Of a DNA stretch of 64,000 nt, positions 10,264-25,200 are shown piece after piece. Numbering within the stretch: the stretch's first letter is position 1; each line of letters opens with the position of its first letter. A program made the translations under genes and the position numbers. This stretch comes from Salpingoeca rosetta (taxonomy: Eukaryota > Protista > Choanoflagellata), in NCBI GenBank assembly GCA_033442325.1, contig JAWQFM010000017.1, positions 74,432 to 138,431 of the forward strand, in the 5' to 3' direction. A model generated the notes under the pieces. It saw only the letters and a list, made by a program, of their open reading frames with translations, made no database searches and was not told where the DNA came from.

Positions 10264-13200
10264 ATGGAGCTGCTGCTGCTTCTTCTTCTGACAACCGCCT
10301 TGAGCCCAGTCAAGGCCGCCACCACCACCTACGAGACGGTGGACATCACGCTGATTTCTGACACTGGAGCGACTGTCGTGTTTGAGCAGACGTTCGAGCT
10401 TTTGGACGATGCCAACATCTCCACCGTCGTGCCATCATTTGGACAAGTGGGAACCCGCGTCACCGTCTCTGGGCAGCTGCTGCTTGGCGGTGGTACTCGC
10501 ATCTCCGGCGCCACGCTGGCTGGCGTCCCCGCGCGCCGCATCCTCTCGTCCAACAACACCTTGGTTGTTGTGGAGGCTGCTGCCAGCGACCCAACGCCCG
10601 TCGGAGACATTGTCCTCACCGCAGACACGGGCGCGCTCACCACCATCCGTGACGCCTGGACATACCGGCCCCAGGGCAACGTGTCCGCCATCACGCCCAG
10701 CAGCGGCCAGCGCGGCACCCACGTCACCATCACGGGCTCCAACTTGCTTGGCCACGCCACGCGCCTCGCTACCGTGACGCTCGGGTCCGTGCAAGCGCGC
10801 ATCCTCGAGGCCGCCAACGAGCGCGTCGTCGTGCGTGCCGCCCCTGCCCCGGCCGGTAACGTCGACGTCTTGCTCAAGGCAGAGTCTGGCGCGGAGGTGG
10901 CTGTTCCCGGTGGGTTCGACTACACACCGCAGGGCGTCATCACGGGCGTCCAGCCGTCCTCGGGACAGCTGGGCACCTTCATCACGGTCACCGGCACAAA
11001 CCTGCTCGGCGCGGCGCCCTCCCTGGCTACCGCCGCCTTTGGCACCGCCCAGCCGTCCCAAGCCACCATCCAGTCGGCAACCAACACGCAGGTGGTCCTG
11101 CGCGCGGGCGCAGAGCCGGCGGGGCCCGGCCAAGGCCGCACGAACCTCACCCTGACGCTGACAGCCTCCACCCACGCCATAATCGACGCCAACGACACCT
11201 TCTCCTACGTGGACGCCAGCAGCATCGACACCGTGGCGCCGTCTTCGGGCCAGGTCGGAACCCGCGTCACCATCACCGGCCAGCGCCTCTACGGCCTCGG
11301 CTCCAGCATCGTCAGCGTCACCTTCAACGGCGTTGAGGCCCGCGACATTGTGGAGGCGTCCCCGACTCGCGTCGTTGCCATTGCCCCGTCCGCGCCGGCC
11401 ACCACGGGCCTGGCAGACGTCGTCGTCACCGCAGACACGGGCGCCACCGCCATCGCCTCCGCAACGTGGACGCAGCTCGAGGAGTCGGTCGTCTCCAGCA
11501 TCAGCCCTTCCTCCGGCCAGCAAGGCACGCGCGTCATTGTGACGGGCTTCCGCTTCTTTGGCGGCGGCTCCCGCATCGTCAACGTCACGCTTGCCGGCGT
11601 CCCCGCCACCATTGTCATTGCCCTGCCGACGCTGGTCACCCTCGACGCCGGGTACGGCGCAAACTCCACGGGCGACCTGCTCATGATCGCAGACTCGGGC
11701 GCGGAGACGCGCGTCGTCGACGGCTTCACCTACCTCGACCCTGGCGTCATCGCCGCCGTGCGGCCGGCAACCGGGCGCGTGGGCACCCGCGTCACCATCA
11801 CGGGCAAGAACCTGCTTGGCGGCGGCACTTTTGTGGAGGCCGTGTCCCTTGCCGGCTTCCCGGCCGAGCTCGTCTCCGCCACCAACTCGCGCATCGAGGT
11901 CGTCACCGCGCGCGGGCTCGAGGGCACCGGCGACGTGGCCATCAGCACAAGCACCGGCGCCACCATCGTCCGCCCAAACGGCTTCTCCTACCTCTCTGCC
12001 GGCCAAGTTGAGACGGTCGTGCCAGACATGGGCCAGCTCGGCACCCGCGTCACCCTGGCTGGCCGCAACCTCCTCGGCGGCGGATCCACCCTCGTCTCCG
12101 TCAAGCTCGTCGGCGTCGAGGTGCAGGAGATTGTGTCTGCAAACAACACGCAGGTGATTGTGGTCGCCGCCGCACCCGCGCCGGGCTCCTTGCCCTCCCC
12201 GGCCATTGGCGACGTTGAGTTCGTCGCAGACACGGGCGCGCGCTTCACGGCCATCGCCGCCTGGCGCTACCGCACACCCGGCGCCATCACAGACATCTTG
12301 CCCACGTCGGGCCAGGCTGGCACGTTTGTTCGCCTCACGGGAACCTCGCTCCTGGGCGGGGGCACCGCCGCACGCCGCGTCACCTTTGGCGCCAGCGTCA
12401 CCGCCGATGTCATCGCCCAAAGCAGCACCGCGCTGGTGGTGCGCATCAACGTGGACGAGGCAACGGCGCTCGTTGCGTCAGACGCCGTTGTCGACGTCAC
12501 CATCGAGTCAAACACGGGCGCCATCGTCACCCTCCCAGCCAGCTTCGCCCTGCGCGCCACCGGCCGCATCGACTCTGTCTCCCCAGCCACGGGCCAGGTC
12601 GGCACGCGCGTCACCATCGCGGGCTCCCGCCTGCTCGGTGGCGCAGCGGCGCTCGACCGCGTCGTCCTCGCTGGCACTGACGTGCAGGCCATTGTCTCCG
12701 AGTCTGACACGCAGGTGGTGGTCATTGCGGGCGTCAACGTGCCCAGCTCCGGCGACGTGGAGCTGCTCGCCGAGTCTGGTGCAGTCGTCACCCTCAGCCC
12801 CAACGCCTTCACCTACGCGCCCGTCAACGCCGCGCCCGAGGTGCAGGCGCCGGCCGCCGTCACGCTGGACGAGGACGCCAGCCCCGTGCCCGTGGACGTC
12901 ACCGTGGCCGACAGCGACGCGGAGGAGTACAACGGCACCATGGTCACCAACCTGCGCTGCACGGAGGGCACCATCTCCGTTGACGGCGGCCTTCGCCGCA
13001 GCAGCCGCATCACCGTGGTCGGCCAGCTCCGCGTCATCAACCACCAGCTCAACGGCCTCACGTACAAGCCCAACCCAAACTTCTTCGGCAACGACACCCT
13101 GGTGGTGGATGTTGACGACAGGGGCAACAGCGGCTCCGGCGGCAACCTCACCGCGTCCGCCAACGTCACCCTGCATGTGCGCTCCGTCAACGACCAGCCC

Positions 13201-16200
13201 GTCCTCTCCACCACCGCCGTCGCCGTCCTGCCCACCATCAACGAGGACGTGTCGGAGGACATGAACGAGGGCGCCACCGCCGCCTCCCTCCTCACGGGCC
13301 TGGTCACGGACCCCGACGACGCCATGTTCGGCATGGCCATCGTGCACATTGCCAACTCCTCGGCCGCAGGCACCTGGCAGGTGGTGCCGGCTGCCGCAGG
13401 CGCTGCACCCGTCAACCTGACCGCGGCCGCCACCACCCCGGCCAACGCCACCCTGGTTGGGCCCTACGACCACCTGCGCTTCCTCCCCGCGCCCAACTTC
13501 AACGGCCGCGCCACCCTCACCTTCCGCGCCTGGGACCTCACCCAGCACGCGCCGCTGGCCGTGGTGGACACGACGCAGGCCGCCTCCACCGCGTCCTCGC
13601 CGTTCTCCCGCGACACCACGCGCGCCGTCGTCACCGTCGTCTCCGTCAACGACGTGCCGGAGGTGCTGCTCAACACGCCCTCGGGCAACTACCGCGCCAC
13701 CTTCCTGGAGCAGTCGTCCACGGGCGCGCTCATCCTCCCGTCCTCGCTCACCATCACCGACGCCGACCACGCCACGCTCGACAGCGCGCGCGTGGAGATT
13801 GTCAACAGGGAGGATGGCGAGGCGGAGTTCCTGGCCGCAAACTCGGTCGTCACCGCCAACATGGGCCTGTCCCTGCTGGTGGAGGCCAGCAACACCACCT
13901 ACACCATTGTCATCCGCTCCCGCAGCGCCGCCCGCATGCCCATCTCCAACTACGCCACGGTCCTCAAGTCGTTGCGCTATGTCAACGCCGCCGACGAGCC
14001 AAACCCGGCCACCCGCTCCATCGCCCTCACCGTGAGCGACGGCATCGACGCGTCGCCCGTCGTCCACACCTACGTCGACATGCAGCTCGTCAACGACCAC
14101 GCGCCCGTCATCACCTACACGCAGACGCAGCCGCTCGTCTTGCGCGAGCCAAACACCAGCCTTCCGCTGCTCGACACAGACCCGCTCACCGTGACGGACC
14201 AGGACCACGCCTCCTTCCTCCTCGTGTCCGCGCAGGCCTCCATCACCGCAGACTCCCTGCGCGACCCGGCACACGAGCGCCTGGCCGTGACCACCCCGGC
14301 CGGCTTTGGCTTCACCGTCACCTTTGGCAACGGCTCCCTCGCCGTGTCCGGCCTCGGCACCGCCGAGGAGTACACCGCCATCCTCAACTCGCTCGTGTAC
14401 GTCAACGCCGCGGAGGAGCCCACCCCGGGCCCGCGCCGCGTCAGCGTGGTCGTGCGCGATGCGGACTTTGAGAGCGAGCCTGTCGTCATCAGCGTGGACG
14501 TGCAGGTGATCAACGACCGCGCGCCGGAGGTTGACCTGAGCGGGCCCTCGCAGCCCGGCATCGACTCTGCCGTGGACTTTGTGGAGGAGGGCCACCCGGT
14601 CCGCATCGCGGCAAGCGACGCCACCGTCACGGATCCGGACAGCGGCAACTTCACCATGGAGGCTATGTGGGTGCGCATCGACGATGCCCTCGACGGCGAC
14701 CTCGAGTCCCTCGTGCTGTTGCCGCCGCCGGAGCTCGGCCTGGGCACCGCCGTCATCAACGCCACCGTCCTCGGCAGCAGCAGCAGCAGCGCGCCCGTGC
14801 AGCTTGGCCCGCTCTCCGCCTCCTACGATGCGGGCTCGCACACGCTCATGATCGCGGGCTCTGCGTCGCCGGACGTCTACACGGCGGCCCTGCGTGCCGT
14901 GGCGTATGCCAACGTGGCGGACCTCCCCAGCGGCGTGAGCGCCCGCACCATCTCCGTGGTTGTGTGGGACGGCGGCTTCAACTCCACAGTGGCCCGCGCC
15001 GCAGTCCACATCATCATGATCAACGACCCGCCCATGCTCAACGTGGGCGGGCCCGCCGCCGACGACCACAGCAATGTGGTGCACTACCGCGAGGGCGGCG
15101 CCCCGCTGGCGCTCGTTGACCCAGATGCCCTGCTCTCCGACGAGGACCACACCGTGCTGGCCTGGGCGCGGCTCCTCCTGGTCAGCGCCCCAGACTACAC
15201 GGACGAGGTGCTCGCCGTCGACACCACAGGCACCAGCATTGTGGCCTCCTTCGAGCACACGGTCAACGAGGACCGCGGCCCGGGCGAGGGCAAGGCAAGC
15301 ACCACCGCGGAGATTGAGCTTGCCGGCGTTGAGGCGTCCGTGTGGGCGGCCGATGCCGTCCTCCCATCGCAGTTTGAGAACATCACCGCTGACCTGCTCA
15401 ACCACGAGCTGGGGCTCCCCGGCGGCAACGAGACGGTGGTCGTGCGCGTGCTCAACGCCACGGCGTCTGCGCTGGACGTCAACGGGCAGCCGGCCTCCCG
15501 GCCCATTGCCCGCATCTCCCTGCAGGTGGTGGCCGACGACCGGTTCCTCAGTGTCATGTCCAGCAACCTCACGCGCGTCGTGTCCTCCTCGGGCCTGCTG
15601 CTGACCTCCCTCAAGCAGCACTCGGGCGCGTACTTCTACGTCAACACCATCCCCTTTGTTGTCGAGCCGCAAACGCGCGCGTTTGACGTGGTGGAGTTTT
15701 ACGCCACCCTCACCCTCACGGGCCCAGATGCGCTCGACAACTTCCTCAAGGTCCTGCGCACGGCCACGTACCAGAACCTCGAGTCGCGCCCGGGACAGCC
15801 CAGCACCCTCACCCGCACCGTCGAGTTTGTGGTCAGCGACGGCAACCTCACCAGCACGCCCGTGTACTCGTTTGTCACGTTTGCGGCAGTGAACGATGCC
15901 CCGCTCGTGGACCTCAACGGGCCCACCGAGGCCGGGAACGACAACACCATCACCTTCACGGAGGAGACGGAGCCCGTCCCCATTGCCGCACCAAACGCCA
16001 CCCTGCGCGATGTCGACAACGCCACGCTCGCCTGGCTCACGGCGCGCATTGTCAACAACCTCGACGGCGCTGGCGAGGTGCTCAGCGCGGGCCCAGACGT
16101 CCCCAGTGCCGTCCAGGTCTCGTACGCGGCTGGCACCGCAACGCTCACCTTCACGGGCGTGGCGTCCACCCGCCGCTACCAGGACATCCTGCGCGGCATC

Positions 16201-19200
16201 ACCTTTGTCAACACGCGCGACGAGCCGGACCCGACGCCACGCGTGGTGGAGGTGATTGCCAGCGACGGCGACCGCGCGTCGCTCTCGCGCTTCACCACCG
16301 TCAACATGGCCTTCACCAACGACCCGCCCGTGCTGGCCCTGGGCACCGCGCAGGCCACCAACTGGACCACCGCGTTTGTTGAGGACGAGCGGCCCGGCTC
16401 GCCCATCGCGTCCCCAGACACGCTCATCACGGACGACGATGACACGCACCTCACCTCCGCCCTCATCCGCATCACCAACGTGCAGGACACGCCCGCGTTT
16501 GAGGTGCTCACCGTGCCCGCAAGCGTGGTGCCGTCCGGCGGCAGCGCCACGGGCAACAACACGGACACGCTGCTGCTCTCCTGGCCGGCGACGCTGGCGC
16601 AGTGGGCGGCCGCCCTGCAGGAGGTGCGCTACCTCAACCTGGACAACGATCCCGAGGTCGACACACCGCGTGTCGTGGCCGTGTCTGTCGTGGACGCCGC
16701 AGCCACGGGCGCCGGCGCGCCGCAGCAGCGGTCCAACACGGGCGTTCACCACCATCGACCTGACTGCCGTCAACGACGCTCCGCAGGTGGGCTTCAACGG
16801 GTCCACAGACGCGCCGATGCACACCACGTTTGTGGAGGGCGGGTCCGCCGTGGCCCTGACCACGGACGCGCTGCGTGTCTTCGACTACGACGACGACTAC
16901 GTCCAGTCCGCGCTCGTGCGCATCGAGAACCTGATTGACCGCACCCTCGCCAACACGTTTGAGGTGCTCTCCGTCAACGCGTCCGCTGCGCCCGCCCTGA
17001 GCGTGCAGTACTTCCCGGACGGCTTCCTCTCCATCACGGGCAACGCCACGAAGCAAGCGTACCGCGCGCTCCTGCGCACGCTCACGTACGAGAACACGTT
17101 CCCCAACCCGTCGACGCAGCCGCGCATCGTGTCGCTCGTCATCAACGACGGCCGCCTCACCAGCGAGCCCTCGTACGCTGTGGTCGCCATCGACGCGCAG
17201 AACAACGCCCCCATGCTCGACCTCAACGGCGTGCTGGCGCCCAGCGTCAGCTCCTCGGCGCTCTTCATCCAGGGCCTGGGCGACGTCCCCGTCACCAGCA
17301 GCCAGTCGTATGTCACAGACTACGAAGGCGACCTGGTGCAGGGCATGAACGTCACCATCACGCCGCTCCCCGACGCGCCGTCAGAGCAGCTCTTCCTCAC
17401 CTACACGCCGCCTCCCCCAGGCCACGTCGAGACGCTGTCCACGTCCACGCTCAACGCAGCCATCGCCTCCTCCTGCGCCACCGCGCCCACGTCGTTCTGC
17501 ACGTCCGCCGTTCTCACCAGCGGCAGCGCAGGCGCCACCGTCTCCGACGTGCAGGTGGTGGTGGACATTGACCACCCGTACGTGGGCGAGCTCATCCTCA
17601 CCCTCTCGCACGCAGGGCGCTCCGTGCAGCTCGTGGCCAACCCGGCCAGTGCCAGCGGCGCCTCGGGCCAGTGCGCCCTCGCCGACTTTGTCAACCTGCA
17701 CTTTTCTGATCGCGCCAGCCAGAGCGTGACCACGCGCTGCGCCTCCGCAGAGGGCTACACGGGCTCTGTGCGGCCCGAGAACGCCCTCAGCGCCTTTGAC
17801 GGCCTGGACATGGGCGGCGACTGGGTCCTGGAGGTGCAGGACACGGTGCGCTTCTTCTCCCACGGCTCCCTGCGCAGGTTTGCCCTCATCCTCACCTCCG
17901 GCACACGCACGTACACCACGTGGTCCGCCTCGCAGGCCGTGTCGCCGTCTGCGCCAAGCTCCATCCCGCTCAGCGTGTCCAGCGCCAGCGCCGTGGTCGA
18001 CGCAGACGTGCACGTGCACCTGACCTCCGCCTCTGTGGAGGACGTGCGCGTGTCGCTCACGTCCGCGGCCGGCGCAGACGCGGGTGCCGCCCCCGTGGTG
18101 CTCAAGGACTTTGGCGCCGTCAACGGCCCTTGCTCAACCGCCAGCACGGGCTCCCTCGTGTTCGACACGCGCGTCGACAGCACGGCCGCCGGCCACGTCG
18201 CAGCAGCGGACACCTGCCCCGCATACCCGACCTCCATCCTGCAGCCCGCAGCGCCAGCGCAGCCCCTGCACGACCTGGTTGACCAGGTGTCGCTCGGCAC
18301 GTGGTCCGTGCTCGTGGAGACGCGCGCGGGCGTGACGGCGACCGTGCACTACGTTGAGCTGCGCCTGGCGGAGCGGCCCAACGTTGAGGTTGGCTACGAC
18401 GCGGCCCAGGGCCTGCTCACCATCCGTGGCGCAGACTCCGCCGACGTGTACACGTCCCTCCTGCAGACGCTGCGCTACAACAACCAGCAGGTTCTCCCCA
18501 CCCCCGTGGAGCGCGTGCTCAGCTTTGTCGTGTCGGACGGCCAGGACAGCAACGCGGACGCCAACATCACCCTCACCACGCACAACCAGCCCATTCTCGA
18601 CTTGGACACCGCCTCTGGCGACACGTCGCTGGACACGAGCGTCGTGTTTGTGGAGGGCGGCGCCGCGAGCCCCATCCTGCTCACGGACCAGTCCAGCCTC
18701 TCCACGGACGGCCTCTTCCAGATCCAGTCGGCACACGTGCGCCTGGACAACCCGCTCGACGGCGGAAACGAGACGCTCTCCTGGACCCCGACCAACGCCA
18801 GCACTGCCGCGGGCATCACGGCGGTAGCTCTCGATGCGGAGGCGCACGAGCTGCTGCTCACGGGCCTGGCGGGCCCAGGGGACTACCTCACGGCGCTGAC
18901 AAACGTGCACTACCACAACAGCGACCGCAACCCGCACGCGGACCCGCGCGTCATCACCACCACCGTCACGGACACCGCCACCCTCACCAGCATTCCCCGC
19001 ACCACCACCGTTTTTGTGCACCCGGTCAACGACCCTCCGGAGCTGTACAACGCCTCCCGCGCGGCCGCCGATGCCGTGTTCGTGGAAGGTGCTGCTGACG
19101 GCACGCCCGTCGTGTCGGAGGACCTGTTCGTCTTTGACGCCGACAACGCCTTCTTCACGCGGGCCATGTTTGCCATTGTGAACCCGCTCGACGGTGCGGG

Positions 19201-22200
19201 CGCGGAGTCGATTGTGCTGGACTCCCCCACCGCCACGGACCCCGCCGTGTTCACCGTTGCGGACGCCAGCAGCTGGCCATCGTGGTTTGCACCGCCGGGC
19301 AGCGTCGTCGTTCAGGCCACTGCCGTGGGCAACGTTACCCTCGACCAGTTTGTCGACGTGCTCCTCGGCGCCAAGTACATGAACACGGCCATCGAGCCCA
19401 ACATGACCACGCGCCACGTGCGCTTCTTCATCCGCGACACGCTCAACGCATCCAACGTCGTGGACTCGTACATCTCCGTGCAGCTCATCAACGACAACGC
19501 GCCCGTGCTCTCGCTCGTGCCGCCGCCGTTTGACGCCACCTTCTTTGAGCCAAACGGCTCCTGCGTCCTGCACTGCACGGAGGCGCCGGTCTTCAACGGC
19601 AACTTCCTCATCACCGATGACGACCAGAACGACGTGTTCCCGCTGTACGGCGCCATGGTTGCCCTTCCCAACAACAGCGCCGACCTCGCCCTGGAGCGCC
19701 TCAGCGTCAGCGCCGCGCTCCTGGCACAGACCGGCCTCGACGCGCTGTACGTGCCGGACAACGGCACCCTCATCATCACCGGCGAGGCCACCGTTGGCGA
19801 TTACACGCGCGTCCTGCAGACGCTCACCTACCACAACACGGCCGAGGAGCCCGACCCGGCGCAGCGGCTGCTGGCCCTGACTGTGTTTGACGGGCGCTGG
19901 GCCAGCAACGGGCTGTTGGTGCCGCTCTCCATCGTGCTCATCAACGACCAGACCCCGGTCATTGACCTCAACACGGCCACCGCCGATGCCAACATCGACA
20001 CGCGCGTTGCGTTTGTGGAGGAGCAAAGCGCGCCCCTCCCGCTCGCACCCACGGCCCTGCTCTCCGACGCCGACTCGGGCTTCCTCCTGCAGTACCCGAC
20101 CAACATCTCGCACGTCGTTGTGAACCTGACTGACGCCCGCGACGGCGCGCTCGAGACCATCGACGCCACCGCATCACCGGCGGTTGCCGTGCAGCGCGCC
20201 GGGCCGCACCTGCTGCGGCTCCAAGGGCCTTCGTCCCCCGCGGAGTTCACCGCTGTCCTGCGCACGGTGCGGTACACAAACGTGGCCGACGAGCCGCGGT
20301 ACCCGCGCCATCGCGCCATCGCCTTCACCGCGTTTGACGCAGACTTTGCCAGCGACCCGGCCTATGCCATTGTCGACATCATCTCCGTGAACGACGTTCC
20401 CCGCGTGTTCCTCTCGGGCGGCACGCCGCCACCGACGCCAGCAGACGTCAACACAGCCTTCCTGTACACGGAGGGCCAGGGCGCCCTGCGCGTGGCGCCG
20501 GACGCCGTGCTGGAGGACGACGACAACACGCAGCTGCAGTGGCTCGATGTTGAGCTCGTCTCTCCCCCAGACGGCTTGAGCGAGAGTTTGAATGCCAATG
20601 CCACCGGCCCGGACGCCAACGTCACCGTGGTTCCTGCCACCGCTGCACACCATATGCTCAGGCTGCAGGGGCCGGCATCGCTCGCAGAGCTGCAGGCCGT
20701 GCTGCAGACGCTCACCTACACGCACAGCGAGTACGGCCCGGGCAACCCGGACACCTCGCAGCGCCAGGTGCGCGTGGTCGCCTTTGACGGCACAAACACC
20801 AGCGTGGTTGCCGTGGCGTTTGTGGGCTTTGACAGCGTCAACGACGCCCCGATTCTCAACCTCAACGGCGGCGGCGCCGACCCAGACTTCTCCGCGACGT
20901 TCACAGAGGAGCAGGGCCCCGTGCCAGCCGTCTCCGCGGCCCTCACCATCATGGACATTGACGGGCCCATCATCGATGCCGCTCGCGTCGCGTTCACCGT
21001 GCGGGATGCCGGCCTCGAATTCCTGGCCGTCAACACCACGAACTCCAACCTCACGGCCGCATACGACCCGGCAACGGGGGTGCTCGACATTACCGGCAAT
21101 GCCACCACGCGCGAGTACGCCAGCGTGCTGGCCACCCTCACCTACGACAATCGCGCAGACGAGCCCACGCCGACCCCGCGCGTCCTCACCGTTACGGCAA
21201 GCGACAGCATCGCCTGGAGCGTGCCCGTGTACAGCACGGTGGCCATCGTGCTTGTCAACGACCCGCCACGCCTCTACTCCCCGGTCGTCGGGCGCACCTG
21301 GAACGTCACTTTCGTGGAGGACCACGCGCCCGCGGCCGTTGTCCCAGCAGACACGGTTGTGGAGGACGACGACGACGCGTTCTTCGTGCAGGTGACCGCC
21401 GTCCTGCACGCCGCACCGGACGCTGAAGCGGAGGTGATGCGCGGCAACACCACCACGGCCTCCGGGAACGCGCTCAACGAGACACTCACATATGACGCAG
21501 GCACGGGCGCCACCACACTGCTGGCGCAGGGATACGTGTCGCTCGACGATGTCATTGACTATCTGCGCAGCCTCGTCTACGAGAACCTGTCCGATGCACC
21601 CACGCCGAGCGTCGTGCGTCGCATCACCACCACCGTGTCTGACCCGCACTTTGCCCCCTCAAACGCGTTTGTCACCAACATTCGCGTGCAGCCGCACAAC
21701 GACGCGCCCGTGCTCACCGCAGCCACGACGGAGCTCGACGCCATTGCCGAGGACGCGTCCCTGCAGGAAAACAACGGCACAGACGTCTATGCGCAGCTCC
21801 GCTCCCTCATGCAGGACTTTGACGCCGCGCCGCAGTTTGGCGTGGCCGTGGTTGGCGTGGACACGTACGGTGGCGAGTGGCAGGTCGCTGTTCCGGTTGT
21901 ACCTGTCGACACGGGCATGTCCTCCGGCAGCAGCAACGCCACTGGCATGTCTGCAAACGCCACCACGGCAATGCCAACGACAGTGCCCACTGGCCCAATG
22001 TTCCGGTGGCAGGCCGTTCCCGCCAACGCCAGCATCACGTCCGCCTTCTTGCTGCCGCTCACAGATCCGTTCACCATTCGCTTCGTGCCCAAGAAAGACT
22101 TCTTTGGGCGCGCCGACCTCACGTTTGTGGCCTGGGATCACACACAGGGCGCACCCCTGCAGGCCAACGTGGACGCGACGTACGCATCCGACGGCGCTTT

Positions 22201-25200
22201 CAGCCGCGACACGAGCGTGGTCGCCATCGACGTTGAGTCTGTGAACGACGTTCCCGTGGTGCTGCTGGAGGGCCCCGCGGCAGCCGCTGCGCGCAACGGC
22301 GACGGCAACGCCACAGCCACGTTTGTGGAGCAGGGCGGCGCCGTCTCCATTGTCAACAGCACGGGCCTGTCGCTGTGGGACGTGGACAACTTCCAGCTGC
22401 AGTACGTGGACATTGACGTGACCAACCCGCGCGACGGCGACGCAGACGTGCTGCTGATCCAGGCTGAGACGGAGATTGAGGGCCTGGTGGTGGAGCGCAT
22501 TGACGCGTGGCACGTGCGGCTGGGCGTGGGGGCGTCGCCATCCAACGCCAGCCACGCGCCGCTGTACGACGACCTGCAGTACCGGGACAACCAGACGGTG
22601 CGGCTGGAGGCGGCGCTGCGCAGCCTGGCGTACAACAACACGCTGGACGAGCCAAGCCTGGAGACGCGCGTGGTGCGCGTGGGTGATGGTTCCAGATAGA
22701 TCGTCGATAAAGACATCTTACGGCACCGAAGATTGCCTTCTGGCTATCGACTGATCAAAAAGCCCGGTTATGGCCGCTTGCATATTAATCGGCTTCGCAC
22801 GCATTCGTCTGAAATTTTCATGTTACAAGGAGCGCAAGACGTACGTGGGAGCACGGCGGGCCTGTGCGGCTGCTGTCTGCGGGTGCGTTTGGCGTTTCTG
22901 ACGAGGACCACGAGGCCGAGTTCCCGATGCAGGCTGCGAGCGTGCGGTTTGTGTCAGCGGGAGACGTTGATGCCGCGGACGAGGCGCTGTGGGTTGACGC
23001 GGGCGTTGTCGGTAGCGTGCCTGGGCTGAGCAGCTGGTACAACGCGACGACGCGGACGCTGAGCGTGCGTGGGCCTGCGCCGTACAGCGCGTACGCGGCT
23101 GTGCTTGCGACGCTGACGTACAACAACAGCGCCGAGGAGCCTGAGCCTGGCCCGCGGGCGGTTGAGATTGTTGTTGACGACGGCGTGTTTGAGAGCGCGC
23201 CAGCGCGCGTTGACTTTGACGTTGCTGTGATCAACGACCGGCGGCCCGTTGTGTATGTCGGGGATGCCGGGAACGGCGTTGTGAACGCGAGCGTGGTGTT
23301 TACGGAGGAGGGCCCAGCGGTGTCTGCTGTTGGCGCAGATGCCGGGATCACGGACGCGGACAGCGGGGACCTTGCGCTTGCTGCTGTGCGTGTTGTGCTT
23401 GTTGACGGACGGGATGGTGTGCTCGAGGAGCTGTCTGCGACGGACGGCGGGAGCAGCAACATCAGCGTGGAGTACAACAGCACGGCGGACCCGTATGTGC
23501 TTGTGCTGCGCGGGCCTGCGCTGCGCACCGAGTTTGTGGCGGCGCTGTCGACGCTGACGTACCGGAACGTTGCGGATGAGCCGAGCGGGGCTGATGTGGT
23601 TGCTGACGGAGACGACGGCAGCGCGCGGCGGACGCTGATGGTGACGGTTGACGACGGCCTGTTTGTGAGCGAGCCCGCCTACACCCACATTGAGATTGCC
23701 ATGGTCAACGACGAGCCGCTGTTTGACGCCGGTGGCAATGGCATGCCGGACTCGACTGTGACGTTCTTTGAGGCGTCTCGCCCTCTGCTGCTGTTCGACC
23801 CGCAGTCGGCTGTGACAGACTCCGACGACACCATCCTGCAGAACGCCAGCATTGTGCTCTCTCCAACACCAGACTCGCCAGACGAGTACCTCATTGTTGC
23901 TGACCAGGGCACCTCCATCACCGTCACGGCCACCAATGACGACACCGTGTTTGAACTTCGCGGTCCTGCGCCGCTGAGCGAGTTCACTGCCGTGCTTCGT
24001 GCCGTTGCGTATGTCAACACAGTGACAGACCCGCGCAAACCCACGGGCGGCTCCCGCATTGCAACGGTGACGCTTGACGACGGGCGCGCGCGCTCCGAGA
24101 GCACCGCCACCATCCAGTTCCAGGCTGTCAACGACGAGCCCGTGCTGGACATTAGCGGGCCAGCGGTGCCTGGTCGCCAGTACGCGACAGAGTTTGTCGA
24201 GGAGCAGGCGTGGCCCGTGCCCGTGGTGAGCGAGAACCTCACCCTGACCGACTCTGACAACACCACACTTGTTGCTGCCCGCGTTGTGATGCAGCCTGTG
24301 CCCGACCAGGAGAACGAGACGCTGCTCTGGGACACGACGCTTGCGGCTTCCGCTGGCCTGACTGCAGCCTACAACGTGTCGAGCGGCGAGCTGACCATTG
24401 GCGGCGAGGCGGCCGTTAGCGACTACGAGGCCCTGCTGCGCACGCTCGCGTATTTCAACAACGAGGACGAGCCATCCCCTGCAGATCGCCTTATCCGCAT
24501 CTCTGCCTTTGACGGCCTTGCGTGGAGCATTCCGCGCACAACCACGCTGAAGATTGTGCTCACCAACGACCCGCCGCGCCTGTACTACCCGGGCGATGCA
24601 CCCGACGTCAACTACGTCGAGGACGCGCCCCCGGTGCTTGTATTTGACCAGGGCCTGTACCTGCAGGACGACGATGACCTGGACATGCAGACGGCGATGG
24701 TCACCATCGACAACGTGCAGGACACGGATCACGAGTTCCTCACGTTCGCTGACAGCCCGGTTGCCACGGGCATCACCGCCTTCCGCACCAACGACACCAC
24801 CCAGCTCAGCTTTGCTGGCGTCGACAGCATTCAGCACTACCTGCGTCTGCTGCGCTCGGTTCGCTACCGTAACACCGACCAAGGCCCCACCACATCCGTG
24901 CTGCGCTCCATCACCCTGCAAGTTCGCGATGCGCAGGGTGGCCTGAGCAACCTCGTGCAGGTCTACGTCAACGTGAGCGCCGTGAACGACGCACCTGTCC
25001 AGGATGAGCACACCACACAGCTGCCTGCCGTGCCGGAGGACGTGGGCACCAGCAACACCGCCAACCCTGGCCTGCCCATCCTGAACGCGATTGTGGACTC
25101 GACGGATGTGGACGACGACGCCGTGATGGGGATGGCCATCTTCTCTGCCGACTCCGCCAACGGCACCTGGCAGTGGCAGCCCGCCACCGGCAGCGCTTGG

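Noticed and set aside
16738-16745. Frameshift between the first two giant ORFs as programmed frameshifting
   Set aside because: One extra G in a GGG run (ACG G GCG TTC); removing it gives SNTAFTTIDLTAVNDAP. No slippery heptamer; most likely a sequencing error.
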